A stretch of 64,000 nucleotides of DNA from Tubulanus polymorphus (GCF_964204645.1 NC_134029.1:17726950-17790949), one strand, 5' to 3'. Numbered from the stretch's first letter, positions 49,953-63,343 are shown. Notes: generated from the letters alone by a model not told the origin. Program-made: numbers and translations.

Positions 49953-50809
49953 GTAAGCAAAATGAACGTTGAAACTGGGTCCAGTGACACAGTTGTGATA
50001 TTAATACCTATGAAATAATCTTTAAGGCTGGTCAAGTTGTTAGATTGGCTATAGCATGAATTGACATAGACTGGACTTAAAACCGAATTAATTCTTGACT
50101 GCGCAGAAGATTAGAAATTCAAGTGAGGTGTGTATGGCAGATGTATCTGACATACTACTATGATATTTCACTATTATGTGTCTCCTCTTTTGGCTCTTAA
50201 TTCCACACTTCAGGATAATTTCTTTTCTTTTCGCCAACTTGGGGCATAGCCTCATGGGATATTGCGCTAACTTTTCATCTATTCGGGCATACATTCATTC
50301 ATTCATAAATCTATCTACTGGTACGTACATGTATTTTGCGATGTTTTGAACATGTTTCGACCTATTGCCTTAATTTGATTTTTCTTGGGTTTTACTACCC
50401 GGTAGGTGATTATACGATTAATATGATGTGCATGTGGTGTTGGATTGTATATTTTTTTCATATTGGTATTTCCATTAATACCATGGATGTAATACACCAT
50501 GGATGTAAGTACCGGTAGTACCCAATAGAAAATTGATATGAAAGCATGACATGGTCCATGATTAATGCCGAGTTTCAACATCATTCTCTGGGAATTGGGT
50601 TTAGTCAATTGGTAAATAATTGCATTATCCCCCTGACCAGTCAAGTTTTAACTTAAATCCTAGGGTTGAGTCAGTTGACTCAATGAACAATTAGCTGTTC
50701 AATAAAACTAGTTAACGTTATTTGTTATGAAACCTATTAACTTGTCAAATTGATGTTATGGGGTATGCGAGTTGTGTTTCCTAAGATTAAAATAAAGTTT
50801 TCACTTCAG

Positions 50810-51033
50810 GTAAACATCGATCCTAATTCTGGTATCTTTATCACAATGAATCCAGCCGGTAAAGGTTATGGCGGGCGACAGAAATTACCAGACAATCTAA
50901 AGCAGTTATTCCGTCCTGTAGCGATGTCTAAACCTGACAATGAACTGATTGCAGAAGTCATTCTCTTCTCAGAAGGCTTCAAACACGCTAAAAACCTCGG
51001 TCGCAAGCTTGTTGCCATATTCAACTTGTCGAA
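50810..51033 (+). CDS. DYNC2H1: DYNC2H1 exon 31
   Basis: [31 protein letters not shown]. Confidence 0.97.
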
Positions 51034-51116
51034 GTAAGTTCTGTTACAACATGATTGAGTGATAATTAGATAGTTTACGTAAATGGGAAAAAATTAATCA
51101 TCTGTTCATCTTTCAG

Positions 51117-51229
51117 GGAACTTTTAACCCCTCAACAGCATTATGACTGGGGGTTGAGAGCTTTGAAAACAGTGCTTAGAGGATCAGGAAACCTGCTTCA
51201 AACAGCGAAAAAAGCACTCTCAAATGGAG
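51117..51229 (+). CDS. DYNC2H1: DYNC2H1 exon 32
   Basis: LLTPQQHYDWGLRALKTVL. Confidence 0.95.
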
Positions 51230-51739
51230 GTACTGAGTCAAACTAGCATCATATTAATTTTGTAATTAGCTCTTAAAGACTTTTATACTTGCAAGAAGGC
51301 AGACTATAGTAGGTTAAAATATTTCCCTACCCTATATTTAGATGTTTGATTCTGTGCCAAGAAAATCCTTTGTACGAATTTTTGATTTACCGGTAGTCTG
51401 AAGAGTGTAGCTCATTCATAAGCCTACTTGGGACTTCAGATGAGGCATTTCATAGACTAGTGAATTTCCCTATTAGCCAGATATGCGTACCTTGTATTCA
51501 TATATCTGGGGGGAATATTATCTTGCCCAGACTTAATCAAGAAATTTATAGTTACCGCCTTGCCTTACAGAGGACTGAACCTTTCAGTCCCGCTACCCTA
51601 TGGCCTTTTAACTTCCTGGTTAAAACAGTAGCTGGCGATCAACGGTTTATTTGAATACTCTATTCAATAAAGAGGTTACTCTAACTGACGGTTTCTCTTA
51701 CGCAGTGTTGACTTAATTTGATAATCTCATGTTTTTCAG

Positions 51740-51954
51740 AAAAACTGGATGTGACTGCTGAAGCGACGCTCGTAGTACAAGCACTACGGGTGAATACGTT
51801 GTCGAAGATGACATTTTCGGACAGCATTCGTTTCGATGCTCTTGTGCACGATGTCTGCCCGGGTATTGAATTCCGTGAGATTCAATACGACACCCTGAAA
51901 CAAGCTCTGATTGACGTATGCCAGGAAATGAATTTACTTGAAATTGATAACCAG
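51740..51954 (+). CDS. DYNC2H1: DYNC2H1 exon 33
   Basis: VQALRVNTLSKMTFSDSIRFDALV. Confidence 0.93.
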
Positions 51955-52162
51955 GTACGTATACATGGGAGATAATAAAGATTGAATAGATGGTATAATA
52001 GAAAATCCTCCACTGATATGTCGAAAGATGAAGTCCGAAAAGATTTTTTATGTGCAATTTCTTATGTCGGACAATGTTATACAACGTTATTGCAGGACAA
52101 TACACTGCATTTATTTTTCAGCTTATTTTCAATTGTTTTAGAAAAGAATTTTGTTGTTTTAG

Positions 52163-52339
52163 ATTCGAAAGTGTTTAGAGTTGTATGAACAATTACGTCA
52201 ACGAATGGGAGTCGTAATAGTCGGACCGAGCGGGTCGGGAAAGTCTACATTGTGGAGAATTCTACGTCAAGCGATGAATAAAACTGGACAAGTTGTAAAA
52301 TCTTACACGATGAATCCAAAAGCAATGCCTCGAACGCAG
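52163..52339 (+). CDS. DYNC2H1: DYNC2H1 exon 34 (AAA2 P-loop)
   Basis: QRMGVVIVGPSGSGKSTLW...MNPKAMPR. Confidence 0.96.
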
Positions 52340-52561
52340 GTAACTCTAACCATTACCATGGATGTATAAACTAGAGTTTCTAAAAAATTCTAGGTTATAC
52401 GCACTATTCCTTATGCACTACAGACATGATCGTTCATCCCTGTTGCTGATATGAGTTATCTTGTTTCATGGTGTCCCTAGACCCCTAGTTTGTATGAAAT
52501 GGGTCGGTATTATGAATTATGCATGTATTTATATATCAACTTTTTCATATTTTTCATGTAG

Positions 52562-52649
52562 TTATTGGGTCAGATAGATATGGACACTAGGGAGTGGACG
52601 GATGGTGTTTTAACGTACAGCGCACGGCAAGTAGTCAGAGAACCTCAAG
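52562..52649 (+). CDS. DYNC2H1: DYNC2H1 exon 35
   Basis: LLGQIDMDTREWTDGVLT. Confidence 0.95.
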
Positions 52650-53280
52650 GTAAGGAAAATGAAATATTCAAAAATGCTTATGATGTACTGAACAGTAAAC
52701 TACACCTTATACACTTTTAGTGCTGAACCTAAGTACAACTTCAACTCAAGTATCATATATTTCAGTATTACATATACATGTATATCCTACTTGGCCCAGG
52801 TCATATCATCTATAACTATCCAGTATTTAAGATTGGCAATTAATATTAAAATGTTTTGCAAGTGTTATCATCAATTCAGCATTTTCCACTATCTTCATTC
52901 TGACATACGATTCTTAGACCCCAGTTTCACAGTTATTTCTTATTGATTGCCAATGATAATACCAGTAACCAGAAGTTACTGGGTGTAATCCTGATAGTTT
53001 CATAGATCCTGGGCTTGTACATAGTTGTTGAGCAGCACTCAGTTCCATAGGTTATCGTACTAGGTTTTAAAACAATTTATTCTCTGGAAAATATTATACA
53101 TGTGGCGGAGTTTCTCTTTTTCAATGGTTCTTTGTTGGCTTTTCTCCCCATCGGAAGGAAGACACATCAAATCTACTTATAATGCTCTGAGTGATTTGAG
53201 CGATTAAGAAATTCAGATGATGTCCTGAGATTCCTGTAGTCAGTTGAATGATTGAAGGTTTTTTCATTGTTTGTTGACAG

Positions 53281-53488
53281 AGGTGCAGTCATGGATTATA
53301 TGTGATGGTGACATCGACCCCGAATGGATCGAATCACTCAACTCTGTCCTTGATGATAACCGATTGCTGACAATGCCATCTGGTGAGAGAATTCAGTTCG
53401 GTCCAAACGTGAATTTTGTATTTGAGACTCATGACTTAAGTTGTGCTTCACCGGCCACCATTTCGCGTATGGGTATGATCTTCCTCAG
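53281..53488 (+). CDS. DYNC2H1: DYNC2H1 exon 36
   Basis: [34 protein letters not shown]...[10 protein letters not shown]. Confidence 0.97.
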
Positions 53489-53703
53489 GTATGTATCTTC
53501 ATGTATATTCGGGCTCCTATATTGTTAATAGCTGTGACAAGATGAATTAACTCAGTAGATTGGTTGTATGTTTTTGCTTATCTGCGTGAACTGGTAAAAT
53601 GGATATTTCGTTATTTGAAAATACCAGCTAGGCCCCTAAAAAACTCAGAAAACATATTTTATCTGGGCAGTAGCGATTTTTAACATTACAGCAAGCATGT
53701 ACA

Positions 53704-53772
53704 GTCGCAATAGCTTATTGGATAGAGCATGCAATTGAGATGGTTCAAATCCTGCGTGGAGAATATTTTTTT
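53704..53772 (+). mobile_element. Degenerate tRNA-derived head (SINE fragment or pseudo-tRNA)
   Basis: A-box-like TAGCTTATTGGATAGAGC, B-box GGTTCAAATCC, then a T-run. The anticodon arm is missing. Confidence 0.45.
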
Positions 53773-54116
53773 CCTCTTAAAACTATGAATATGTTTACTA
53801 GCTATAGTTCTGCTACATGATATCCATAGCTTCAGAGATCTTGAGTAATTCTACTTGGCCGGGTCACCAGACCACGGGCATAGGTTATCCAAGTTGCCAA
53901 GTTGTTAATTTGAATCTAAGTAAAAAATTTAATATGTTTTGAAATTGAACTAATATCCACTCAAGATTTATATCAACTCTTACTTCAAAACTGTCGAACT
54001 GTTTGATGGAGTTTACTGACTGTTTAGAAAAATCTTCAGTTGAGTTAACTCTTCACTTATGTACAGTCCATGCTTTGCATATTCACTTTATCAATTTCTT
54101 TGTCGATTTTTTGTAG

Positions 54117-54246
54117 CGATGAAGACACAGATGTGAAAGCATTGTTATCATCTTGGTTGTCCCAGCAACCTGAATCAGAACAACAAATGTTGTCTGGTTG
54201 GATTGAAGATTATTTCTACAAAGCTTTAGAATGGGTTCTTAAACAG
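54117..54246 (+). CDS. DYNC2H1: DYNC2H1 exon 37
   Basis: DEDTDVKALLSSWL...WIEDYFYKALEWVLKQ. Confidence 0.93.
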
Positions 54247-54830
54247 GTAATGTTAATATATACTCAGCTTGTTTGTAGTAAAGTGCCGTGAAATTAGGTT
54301 CCAAGCATCACTTAGAATCACATCCGGCAGCTGGAAACCGCTGCCACAGTTTTCACAAGCGTTTTTAGGCGCAGAGCAGTTTAATATTAGACTGACCATG
54401 TTGTACATGTTTAAACCAGGGCTAAAGCCCAAAAAAAATTTGAGGGTAGTTCTAAAATGAGACTAAAAGGGCATGATATGAGGTCTACCGATGCGCTTAG
54501 CGCTATGGGTGCGGAAAGTTTATAAATTGTCGCAAGCGGAAATATTTCAGAATGTTCATTAATCAGGTCAATTATGAGGCCCCTCTCTAGCAATGAATTA
54601 TCCAAAGACTGGTAGAAATAACAACTGCTCTTCTCTTCAACTTATTCTCCAATCAAAACGTATTTACAACAGATTATCTTAAATATGCTGTACTGCCATA
54701 GTAATCTATTAGTATTACATCTTTAAAGAACGAATGCGCCCTCCTGGCTACAGCCCTGCTTAAATTGACTTTACAAGGTTTCTCTTCAGTTGAATAGAAT
54801 GATTTATTGGTGAATTTCTTATGTCAACAG

Positions 54831-54986
54831 GGGGACTTCTGTGTCGAGACCACACTGTTGGGAGCTGTCATGAATGGTCTATCACATCTACATAAGATTA
54901 AGAACAAGGCAGATTTTGCAGTAAGCTTGATCCGAGGACTTGGAGGAAACCTGAATGAAGGTTCAAGGGAAGCATTTGCAAAAGAG
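54831..54986 (+). CDS. DYNC2H1: DYNC2H1 exon 38
   Basis: VMNGLSHL...LIRGLGGNL. Confidence 0.93.
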
Positions 54987-55898
54987 GTTCGTTTTGTGTT
55001 ACTTAATGCTGTTAGCTCCCGAGTGAAACATATAGATACATGTAATTGGGTACAGAAAATTCAGGAAATTGCCAACTTTTGATGTGAAGCTAAGACTAGG
55101 TCTATGGAACGCGATAGATGAAAAAAGTATGAGTGCTTCACCGACGTATGTTTTTCCGACGTCCTGACATAAGAATTTGCGATGACATTTTTTTACAGCA
55201 ACATATCTTAAGTTGTCAGATAGGTTAACATCTGTTCAAATACAGAGTTTTGTCGATGGTGCCAGATAAAAGGATGACATGACCTCTAGGGTTTTGAATA
55301 AGGAGAACAAATTCTAATTCAAAAACTTTCTTTTTTTACAAAAAAAAACCAAATTGAATTGACATCTGCAGTTTTCGTAACTAACTTACGTCGTTGCAAA
55401 AACTTACGTCTTCACAAATTCATCATTACGTCAGGAGGACATGGAAGTATGTCGTCACAAAATATATCGTCGTAAAAATTATATAAGTTGTCGCAGCGCT
55501 CATATTTATTGCATGAATCACGTTCCATACAGGTCAACTTATGACCTGACTAAATCGTCGTACGAACAGCGGTAGACACATGTGACCACTCATTGCTGAT
55601 TCATTTGTCGCATGATCTTAAGCCCAGGTCGACAACAACTTGATCATTGCTGAGTCTAAAGGTCGAAAGTCGATCTGAGCTTAGCTTTATTAGTTGAATT
55701 TCTAGCTTGGTTTTATTTCAAATAGAATATAGCAATTTTCTTTTAAATATGTGTAAAATGTGCTCCGGAAAATTGGTTTGGCAATGGCCATTATTAGCCA
55801 ATAAGTGGGCATCAAAATAAGTTAATTGTGATATGAGGATATAAAACTCAATCTCCCATCAATTTCCATGTAACTGTACTACACAGTATCTATTGTAG

Positions 55899-55997
55899 GT
55901 TTTTGCCTGGACACACGAAATGCCCCCAGACCCGCGTAGACCATTGGACACGTACTATGATGATTCTACCGGTCGTCTTATGTGTTACACCATGGAT
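55899..55997 (+). CDS. DYNC2H1: DYNC2H1 exon 39
   Basis: VFAWTHEMPPDPRRPLDTYYD. Confidence 0.92.
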
Positions 55998-56084
55998 GTA
56001 AGTACCGGTAGTACCCAATAGAAAATTGATACGACTCAAAAAAAGTATTATGATAGATATAAAAATGAAATGGTTTACTTGTAG

Positions 56085-56245
56085 ATGGCGGATAATTTGA
56101 CAGCAGATAATTTTGTATCCGCTAAGAGTTTACCAGTAGTTCGAACGGGAGATGTCCAGAGAGGCTTTGATTATTTTGCACCGTGGCTGACACCGGAGAA
56201 TCGGCAACCTTTCATCCTCGTCGGACCTGAAGGCTGTGGAAAAGG
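56085..56245 (+). CDS. DYNC2H1: DYNC2H1 exon 40 (AAA3 P-loop)
   Basis: QPFILVGPEGCGKG. Confidence 0.95.
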
Positions 56246-56774
56246 GTAGATATTTCCAAAATATATTGCTTTCGCCATTTCAACTTTGATGAACATTTTC
56301 TCAGTCTCGGGCTATTTGATGCGTGGAGTGTTTTCTATTGGGTACGACTCAACGAATGATAAGGACTGGCTATTAACACTATTCGATTTTGTAATCGAGT
56401 GACTACAACACCGTTGCACAACAAAATTCTTAGAGCTTAAACCACGCATAACAAGTTGTTGTAGATGTTGGCAGTAAGGTTAATCGATCAACAATCTTGA
56501 ACCTCTTTGCTATAATCCCTTTACCACTGTAACCAATAAGTACCGGAACTGTTAATGATTCAAGAAAAATGCAACTTATGAGGTGGTGTCTGTATGAGAT
56601 CTGAAAACCCACGACTATAGTGGTTAGTAGTATTCAGGAGGTTAAGCAGCTATTCCTTGGGATGTTTTCATGTTTTATCTTTCTATTGATACTTTGATGT
56701 TCACACTTATAAATCAATACTCTATGAATCTATCACGTCTTCATCGGAGAATATGTATTTTTGTATTTTTTCAG

Positions 56775-57021
56775 ATTATTGTTGAATCATTGCTTCGAAC
56801 AGTTGAGGTCAACCCAAGTGGCAGTCGTGCACTGCAGTGCCCAGACCAATCCTACACACGTGCTACAGAAATTAGGACAGACTTGCATGGTCATCAGCAC
56901 GAACACAGGACGAGTATACCGTCCAAAAGACTGTGAAAGACTTATCCTCTATCTGAAAGATATTAATCTGCCAAAGCCGGATAAATGGGGAACAAGTCAA
57001 ATCATTGCATTCCTGCAACAA
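56775..57021 (+). CDS. DYNC2H1: DYNC2H1 exon 41
   Basis: HCSAQT...GRVYRPKDCERLILYLKDINLPKPDKWGT. Confidence 0.96.
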
Positions 57022-57123
57022 GTAAGACATACGTTAATGATACTTCACATAGTTTGAAGTTTGATAAGTTTTTTACGTTTGATAGTTTTAAGTTTGAAAT
57101 ATGTTCAATCTGGATTTCCCATA

Positions 57124-57545
57124 AGCCGCGTTCACACTAGATTCGGCGCTTACGAAGTACCGTACGTCGCTGGTGCCGAATTCACCAAAATATGGCGCTT
57201 ATACAGTCATTTACGTTCACACTACGAGTCGCGATTCGGCACTTAGTAAACCCAGTATAGTAGTCACCCAGTGTGCCAATAGAGGGGAGTGTAATTAGTG
57301 CTAAGTGTTTTGTACAAGAGAATGTAAATGCGTGGCTAGCTAAGCGCCGAATCTGCGTTCACACTACAGAAAATACGCGGCCAGCTCAGTGCTGTACTGA
57401 GATCGGGTTTTCGGCGCGGAATCGCATTCTGCGCTTAATAAGCCTCGTATTTCAGTACGGAACTGAATAAGCCGCGAATAGGCCTCGAATAATTTCCTAG
57501 TGTGAACGCTTAGTACCGTACTAAAATCCTAGTGTGAACGCAGCT
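57124..57545. mobile_element. Harbinger-like MITE with internal copies of its TIR motif
   Basis: TIRs AGCCGCGTTCACACTAG / CTAGTGTGAACGCAGCT with 3-bp TSD ATA. CGTTCACACTA is repeated internally. Confidence 0.8.
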
Positions 57546-57827
57546 ATAAACTGAATTGATTTCATTGTTTTTGAATGATCCAATTTATATGGAGTCTGAT
57601 GTGATTTGATTTGAAAAATGAAAATTGAATCCAGTTTACTTGAAATAATACCCCTGATAACGGGTACCTTCTATTTACCAGTTTTCATGATTCAAAGTTT
57701 TGTCACCTGTACTGGTAGTATGTTTAAATTAGTACTAGTATTCTAAAATCATGGAAGTAATTGGCCTGTGTTGGATCATTTCATGAGACATATTTAAGTT
57801 GATTTATTTATTTCATTTATTTGAAAG

Positions 57828-57979
57828 GTGTTGACTTACAATGGTTTCTACGATTCAAACCTCGAATGGGTCGGGCTCGAAGGTGTACAGATCGTGGCTA
57901 GTATGAATGCCGGTAGCACTTTGGGCAAACACAAACTGACTACTCGATTTACCTCGATTGTTCGTATCGCTTCAATTGG
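57828..57979 (+). CDS. DYNC2H1: DYNC2H1 exon 42
   Basis: VLTYNGFYDSNLEWVGLE...LTTRFTSIVR. Confidence 0.95.
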
Positions 57980-58601
57980 GTGAGTATTCCACTAGTAAAT
58001 TCATAAAATAATATTCGATTCTCAAATTTAGAAAAACAAAATGTCAGCTTTTTAGGATCGAATGTGTTGATCCTTATATAATGGTTCTGAGAGTAACTTT
58101 CAGTTAGCTCTTGGTGGCACAAATTGTAACCACTCGATACACACAGCTGATATTCTGACATTAGGAGGGAAATAGAGGGTGGAATTAATATGGACAGTTT
58201 TGTCCATCAGCTCTAAGCTATTTCGAAGTGTGCTGATATGTGAGCGCTCTCACTGAGTGACTGTGCTATACATAGACTCCCTCAGGCGATTACTAATACA
58301 CATAGCCATATATTTACATACCTATACATGCGTCTCTATTGCAAATGCATGTATATACAAATGTATCACATTGCTGCTGTAAAGTGTTCAAAGTAACAAA
58401 ATAGATAATTGGTAGTATATGATGTCCTCAAACTAATGCGGACCGCTCTTCTTGATTTTGACAATCTTTTGGAGGATGAGAGTGACATAGCTCGGGAAGT
58501 GATTTTGTCTAGGTCAGATCATATCCGTTCAATAATCCGATGATGATATTTTGGGGTAAAAATCTGAGGCTAGAAAATCGGCTTATTGGCGGAAAAATAT
58601 G

Positions 58602-58892
58602 GTAGATGCTGTGATTATGAGGGTGAGATCCTGTGATTGTTGAGCAATATAGATACATGTACTGTGATTGTAGAGGGAAATATAGATGCTGTGATAGTGG
58701 GGTGATATAAATACTGTGATTGTGGGGATATAAACTTCATTCATTCATATAAATGCTGTAATCGTGGGGTGAGAGAGATACTGTTATTGTGGGGTGATAT
58801 AGTTACTTTGATTGTGGGGTGATATAGATGCTGTAATTGTGGTCGATGTAGACACTGATTGTGGGTGATATAGATGCTGCCATTGTGGAGGA
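58602..58892. repeat. Degenerate ~23-24-bp minisatellite
   Basis: About 11 diverged copies of ATAGATGCTGTGATTGTGGGGTGAT. Confidence 0.8.
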
Positions 58893-58935
58893 TAATGGGA
58901 GAGAAGTCAAAATCATCTAGCATTATCCTACCCAG

Positions 58936-59042
58936 GGCCCAGTTTTACAAAAAGAATTAAGGCCTAAATCGATTAAAGATAAACTGAATTAGTGAATAAA
59001 TTAAATAAATTTAAGAGTTAAACCTTTCTGTGAAACTGGGCC
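58936..59042. mobile_element. CWG-target mini-MITE
   Basis: GGCCCAGTTTTACAAAAAG / CTTTCTGTGAAACTGGGCC with exact CAG TSD. Confidence 0.8.
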
Positions 59043-59134
59043 CAGGCCGTTAACTCCTTTTTGCTGTTATGTTTATGCTGTTAAGTTGTGTTTGTATATG
59101 ATATAATCATTAGTATGTTTGTATGTATTTATAG

Positions 59135-59550
59135 GTACCCAGATCGTGATCAGTTGCAGGCTATATATGGAGCGTATTTGACGCCTGTCCTACATCGTCA
59201 TCTATCGAATCATCACATTTGGGGCAATCCGGCTAAAGTGCATGCGCTCGCCGGTTCGATGGTGCAAGTCTATGAACAACTGCGCACGAAATTCACCGTT
59301 GACGATTACAGCCATTACCTGTTTACTCCGCGCGATCTCACTCAGTGGGTTTTGTCGTTCTTACGATACGATCTGACCGGAGGACGCGACGATAACTCGG
59401 CCGACCATTTGATCGAAATCTGGGCGTACGAAGCGAGGCGACTGTTCCGCGATCGAATTGTCGGCAACGAAGGACGAAATCGATTCGACTCGATTCTGAT
59501 GTCGGTTATCCGATCGGATTGGTCGTCCGGTGTCTTAGATGAGCTAGATA
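59135..59550 (+). CDS. DYNC2H1: DYNC2H1 exon 43
   Basis: YPDRDQLQAIY...HYLFTPRDLTQW...YEARRLFRDRIV. Confidence 0.96.
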
Positions 59551-59800
59551 GTAAGTTTGATCAAACTATAGTGCTTTTGATTATTAGTTCCAACTACTAG
59601 GCGACAAACTACTAAATCCGACAAGTTCACCCTTGACAAAACATTCATCGATAGTTTCAAGACAATGGCCTTATTCCATTTTACTGTTCAAAAATCTTGT
59701 TGACTTGTGGATAATTGCCATAGTGACAATTGAAATTGCATTGTAACCATGATATTTGTCCACCTGTCACTCTTACCAATTGTCCCCACGTGTTGTCCAG

Positions 59801-62800
59801 GGCCCAGTTGCATAGACTGGTATTAACTTTCATCCAGGGGCTAGTTCCACAGTGGTGATTTAGTGTCAAGGAGTTAAAATTAGGTCATTTCCAATGAGTT
59901 AACTCTGAGTCAAATCTTAATTCACAATTCTGGAACTGGGTCCTGGATCTGATTCCACAGTTGTGAGTTAAAGCCCTCGCACACAAGCCGAAAACTGCGT
60001 ACGCAAATGGCGCAGCGCTCTTTTCGGCTCGTGTGCGGGAGTCTTTTCGAGCGCATTTTGTCCTTTTGCCAAATATCTATCATGTTTGATATTTTTTGAC
60101 GCAGCGCCAACTGTGCTCTCATGTGCGGGCAACTCGGCGCTATTTGCGTTTCATTCGTCATCAATGCACATGCGTCATTACACAAAAACTGATGATAACG
60201 GCTAGTATATTGAATACAGATTAGAGAAACACTTGATTTATGACATGAATATCACTTTCTGTTGATATGGGATTACTTGAATTATCAAAATCATAATTTT
60301 CCCCGGGCAAGACTTTTAATCCCGATGTAGATATAATAAGAACAGAAAAATTTCTTTATATTCAAATAGATTTGACAAGGGCAATAAAAAGTCGCAAGTA
60401 AATGGTACAGATATGCAGGAAATATGGTTGTATAATGCATACAAGGGTGTATGCGACAAATAAGGAAAATACAGTTAATTTCCCTGTTTTCGGCTTAAAT
60501 TTGAAGTAGGTGAAAACCTGTTTTCTTTGAATTGAAGCCACGGGAACCACTTAACCTCATTTTCTAGCCGGCTTAGAATTGGCGATGTCGTGTTATTATG
60601 TCATTGATTTGCACAAAACGGACATCGGTCTAATCAAATTCCCATCCTTGATGGCAAGCGTTTCCAAAAACCCAGCAACAGTGAGTTCCGGGAACTCATT
60701 TTGACATGGAATGTCGAAATCGAAGCCTTCGATAATTTCCCGTCTTTCTAATGGCCCAATAGGGTCAAATACTGTGATTTACGGACCCGAGAGTTAACGC
60801 GGCATTAAAAATTCTAAACCTGCCAGACAATCAAATTTAAATCAAGTAGAAAATAAAGAAAAACTCCCAAAAAAAAAACTATTCTATCTGATGTATTACT
60901 ATTGTTAAGTCCGTTACGTATAAATTTAGGCCTAAATTGAACCCTCATTAATCAGTGGGTTGCACGATACATCTTCTTATGATATATTATAACAATCGAA
61001 ATCTTAAGTTCCAAAACCTGGAACAAAGTTCCCGTAATTATAAAAGTCACAATTAATATAGGGAAGTTACTTTATCAAATGCTGATGCTTGATAGAGTGT
61101 AAAACATATTTGTAGAGTGTAGGCGCATTTATTTTCCAACCTCCAATAAAAACCACAAGAATTAGTATTATACACTACAATGACGTCACTGCATGCGCAA
61201 TAGCCAAAACAAACCGTTGTTTATTTTGTCAGCAGCTGAGTGTGTGCAAAACAAAGCATTCAGGGTCCAAGTTCAAATTCTGTCAAAGAAACGATGTTAT
61301 TTCTTTAGTTTTATTTGCTTCTTTATTAACGAAATTAATTGAATATCCGTTTGGTTGAATGACAGGACTTTATTTCATCTGATCTCCTTTCTTGTGTAGG
61401 CCTATAGGCAGGAAATAAACAGTCAATCTTTACTACAATGCTGCATGAGTGCTTTGACTTTTAATATAAATCTAATAATCTATCATCGCACAAACACCCG
61501 TGCCTAAATCAGTATTATCGGGGTATTAAAATGGTCTGATCGCTTTTGTATTATATGGCGAATTTATCGCTTTTTAACACTTTGAAGGGATTACTGTCGA
61601 TCATCTAGTGCTCAGTAGAAATAGTCAAATCAATATATGTTTTTCAAGATGAGAATCATCAATTTACATGTTATGAAATTCAATTTGGAAGGGCGAGATT
61701 CTCATGTGGCGGACTATTACCCGTTACCCGGATAGACTCACGCTTATCAATCAACAACTGTATTAATGCATCATCTTCCTTAACAAATACACATTCAAAT
61801 AATATCAGATGAATTGCGTAGACCTGCAATGGGCCCGATAACTAAATTATGTGTATCAATGTATATCATATTTTGTACTATTAATCTATATATACAATGT
61901 TTGAATTTGAAGGTGAGTATTTTCCTAAAGAATTCGGTAAACTTGAGGATATTTTGATTCAAGGAGTACGAGTTGTTGATTAGATTCGAAACTCAGCCCA
62001 TAGAATTAGACCATTGGCTAATTAAGGTCACGTGAAAATGAATAATTTCTATTTACCATTAATTCACTGATTTCACATACATATACTCCTCAACACCGTT
62101 GTGAAAAATATTATCCACGGGTTTCTAAACTGATGATCAGAATTACTATTTCATAACCTTGTTTATCGACTCTAGGTGACAGTGATCAAATGATAATTGA
62201 GAATAATAAAGAATATGGTTTCTGAAGTATACTTCAGTACAATATTGTGTCTGGGGTATGTTTTTCGAGTGAATTCAATAAATTCGCCATATAAAACAAA
62301 AGCGATCAGACCATTTTGATACCCCGATAATACTGATTTAGGCACGGGTGTTTGTGCAGCATCGCAATAGATTATTGCTGGAGATTTATATTAAAAGTCA
62401 AAGCACTCATGCAGCATTGTAGTAAAGATTGACTGTTTATTTCCTGACGCCCATTATGGGCTACTGTTACAGTTACTTTATCAGAATTTGATAAAGTTAC
62501 GGGAACTTTGTTCCAGGTTTTGGAACTTAAGATTTCGATTGTTATAATATATCATAAAAAGATGTATAGTGCAACCCACTGATTAATGAGGTTTCAATTT
62601 AGGCCTAGGTTTATATGTAACGGACTTAACAATAGTAATATATCAGATAGAAAGTTTTTTTTTTGAGTTTTTCTTTATTTTCTACTTGATTTGAATTCGA
62701 TTGTCTGGCAGGTTTAGAATTTTTAATGCAGCGTTAACTCTCGGGTTCCGTAAATCACGGTATTTGTCCCTATTGGGCCATTAGAAAGACGGGAAATTAT

Positions 62801-63343
62801 CGACGGCTTCGATTCCGACATTCCATGTCAAAATGAGTTCCCGGAACTCACTGTTGCTGGGTTTTTGGAAACGCTTGCCATCGAGGATGGCCATTTGATT
62901 AGACCGTCGTCCGTTTTGTGCAAATCAATGACATAATAACACGACATCGCCAATTCTAAGCCGGCTAGAAAATGAGGTTAAGTGGTTCCCGTGGCTTCAA
63001 TTCAAAGAAAACAGGTTTTCACCTACTTCAAATTTAAGCCGAAAACAGGGAAATTAACTGTATTTTCCTTATTTGTAGCATACATGCTTATACGTGCTTG
63101 CCACAGCCCCTTTGCTGAGCGCAGTTTTTGGCTCGTGTGCGGGGCCCTATATTCTGCGCTAAATGCGTACGCAAAATTCGCTCGTGTGCGGGGCCTTTAG
63201 AGTTAGAATTAGTTCATTTTCAATGAGTTAACTCTTCAAATCTTAACTCGGATCTGTGGAACCAGGTCCTGGGGTTTACTCAATTCATTTTCAATTGAGT
63301 TAACCCCTGGGTTGAAGTTAATACCAGTCTAGAAGACCGAGCC
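59801..63343. mobile_element. Nested cluster: mini-MITE A split by mini-MITEs B (59838-59942) and C (59946-63268); C is split by foldback element D
   Basis: A TIRs GGCCCAGTTGCATAGACTGGTATTAACTT / AAGTTAATACCAGTCTAGAAGACCGAGCC. A CWG triplet marks every MITE junction (59798, 59835, 59943, 63269, 63344). Confidence 0.8.
59972..63196. mobile_element. 3.2-kb non-coding foldback DNA element
   Basis: Termini AGCCCTCGCACACAAGC / GCTCGTGTGCGGGGCCT flanked by TTAA/TTAG. Internal inverted arms ~60449-61042 vs ~62490-63083 and ~61409-61567 vs ~62278-62446. Confidence 0.85.

Noticed and set aside
60362-63200. Two ORFs with the same N-terminus MVPVASIQRKQ on opposite strands
   Set aside because: They arise from the inverted arms of the foldback element, use non-ATG starts, diverge where the arms end, and have no domain features.
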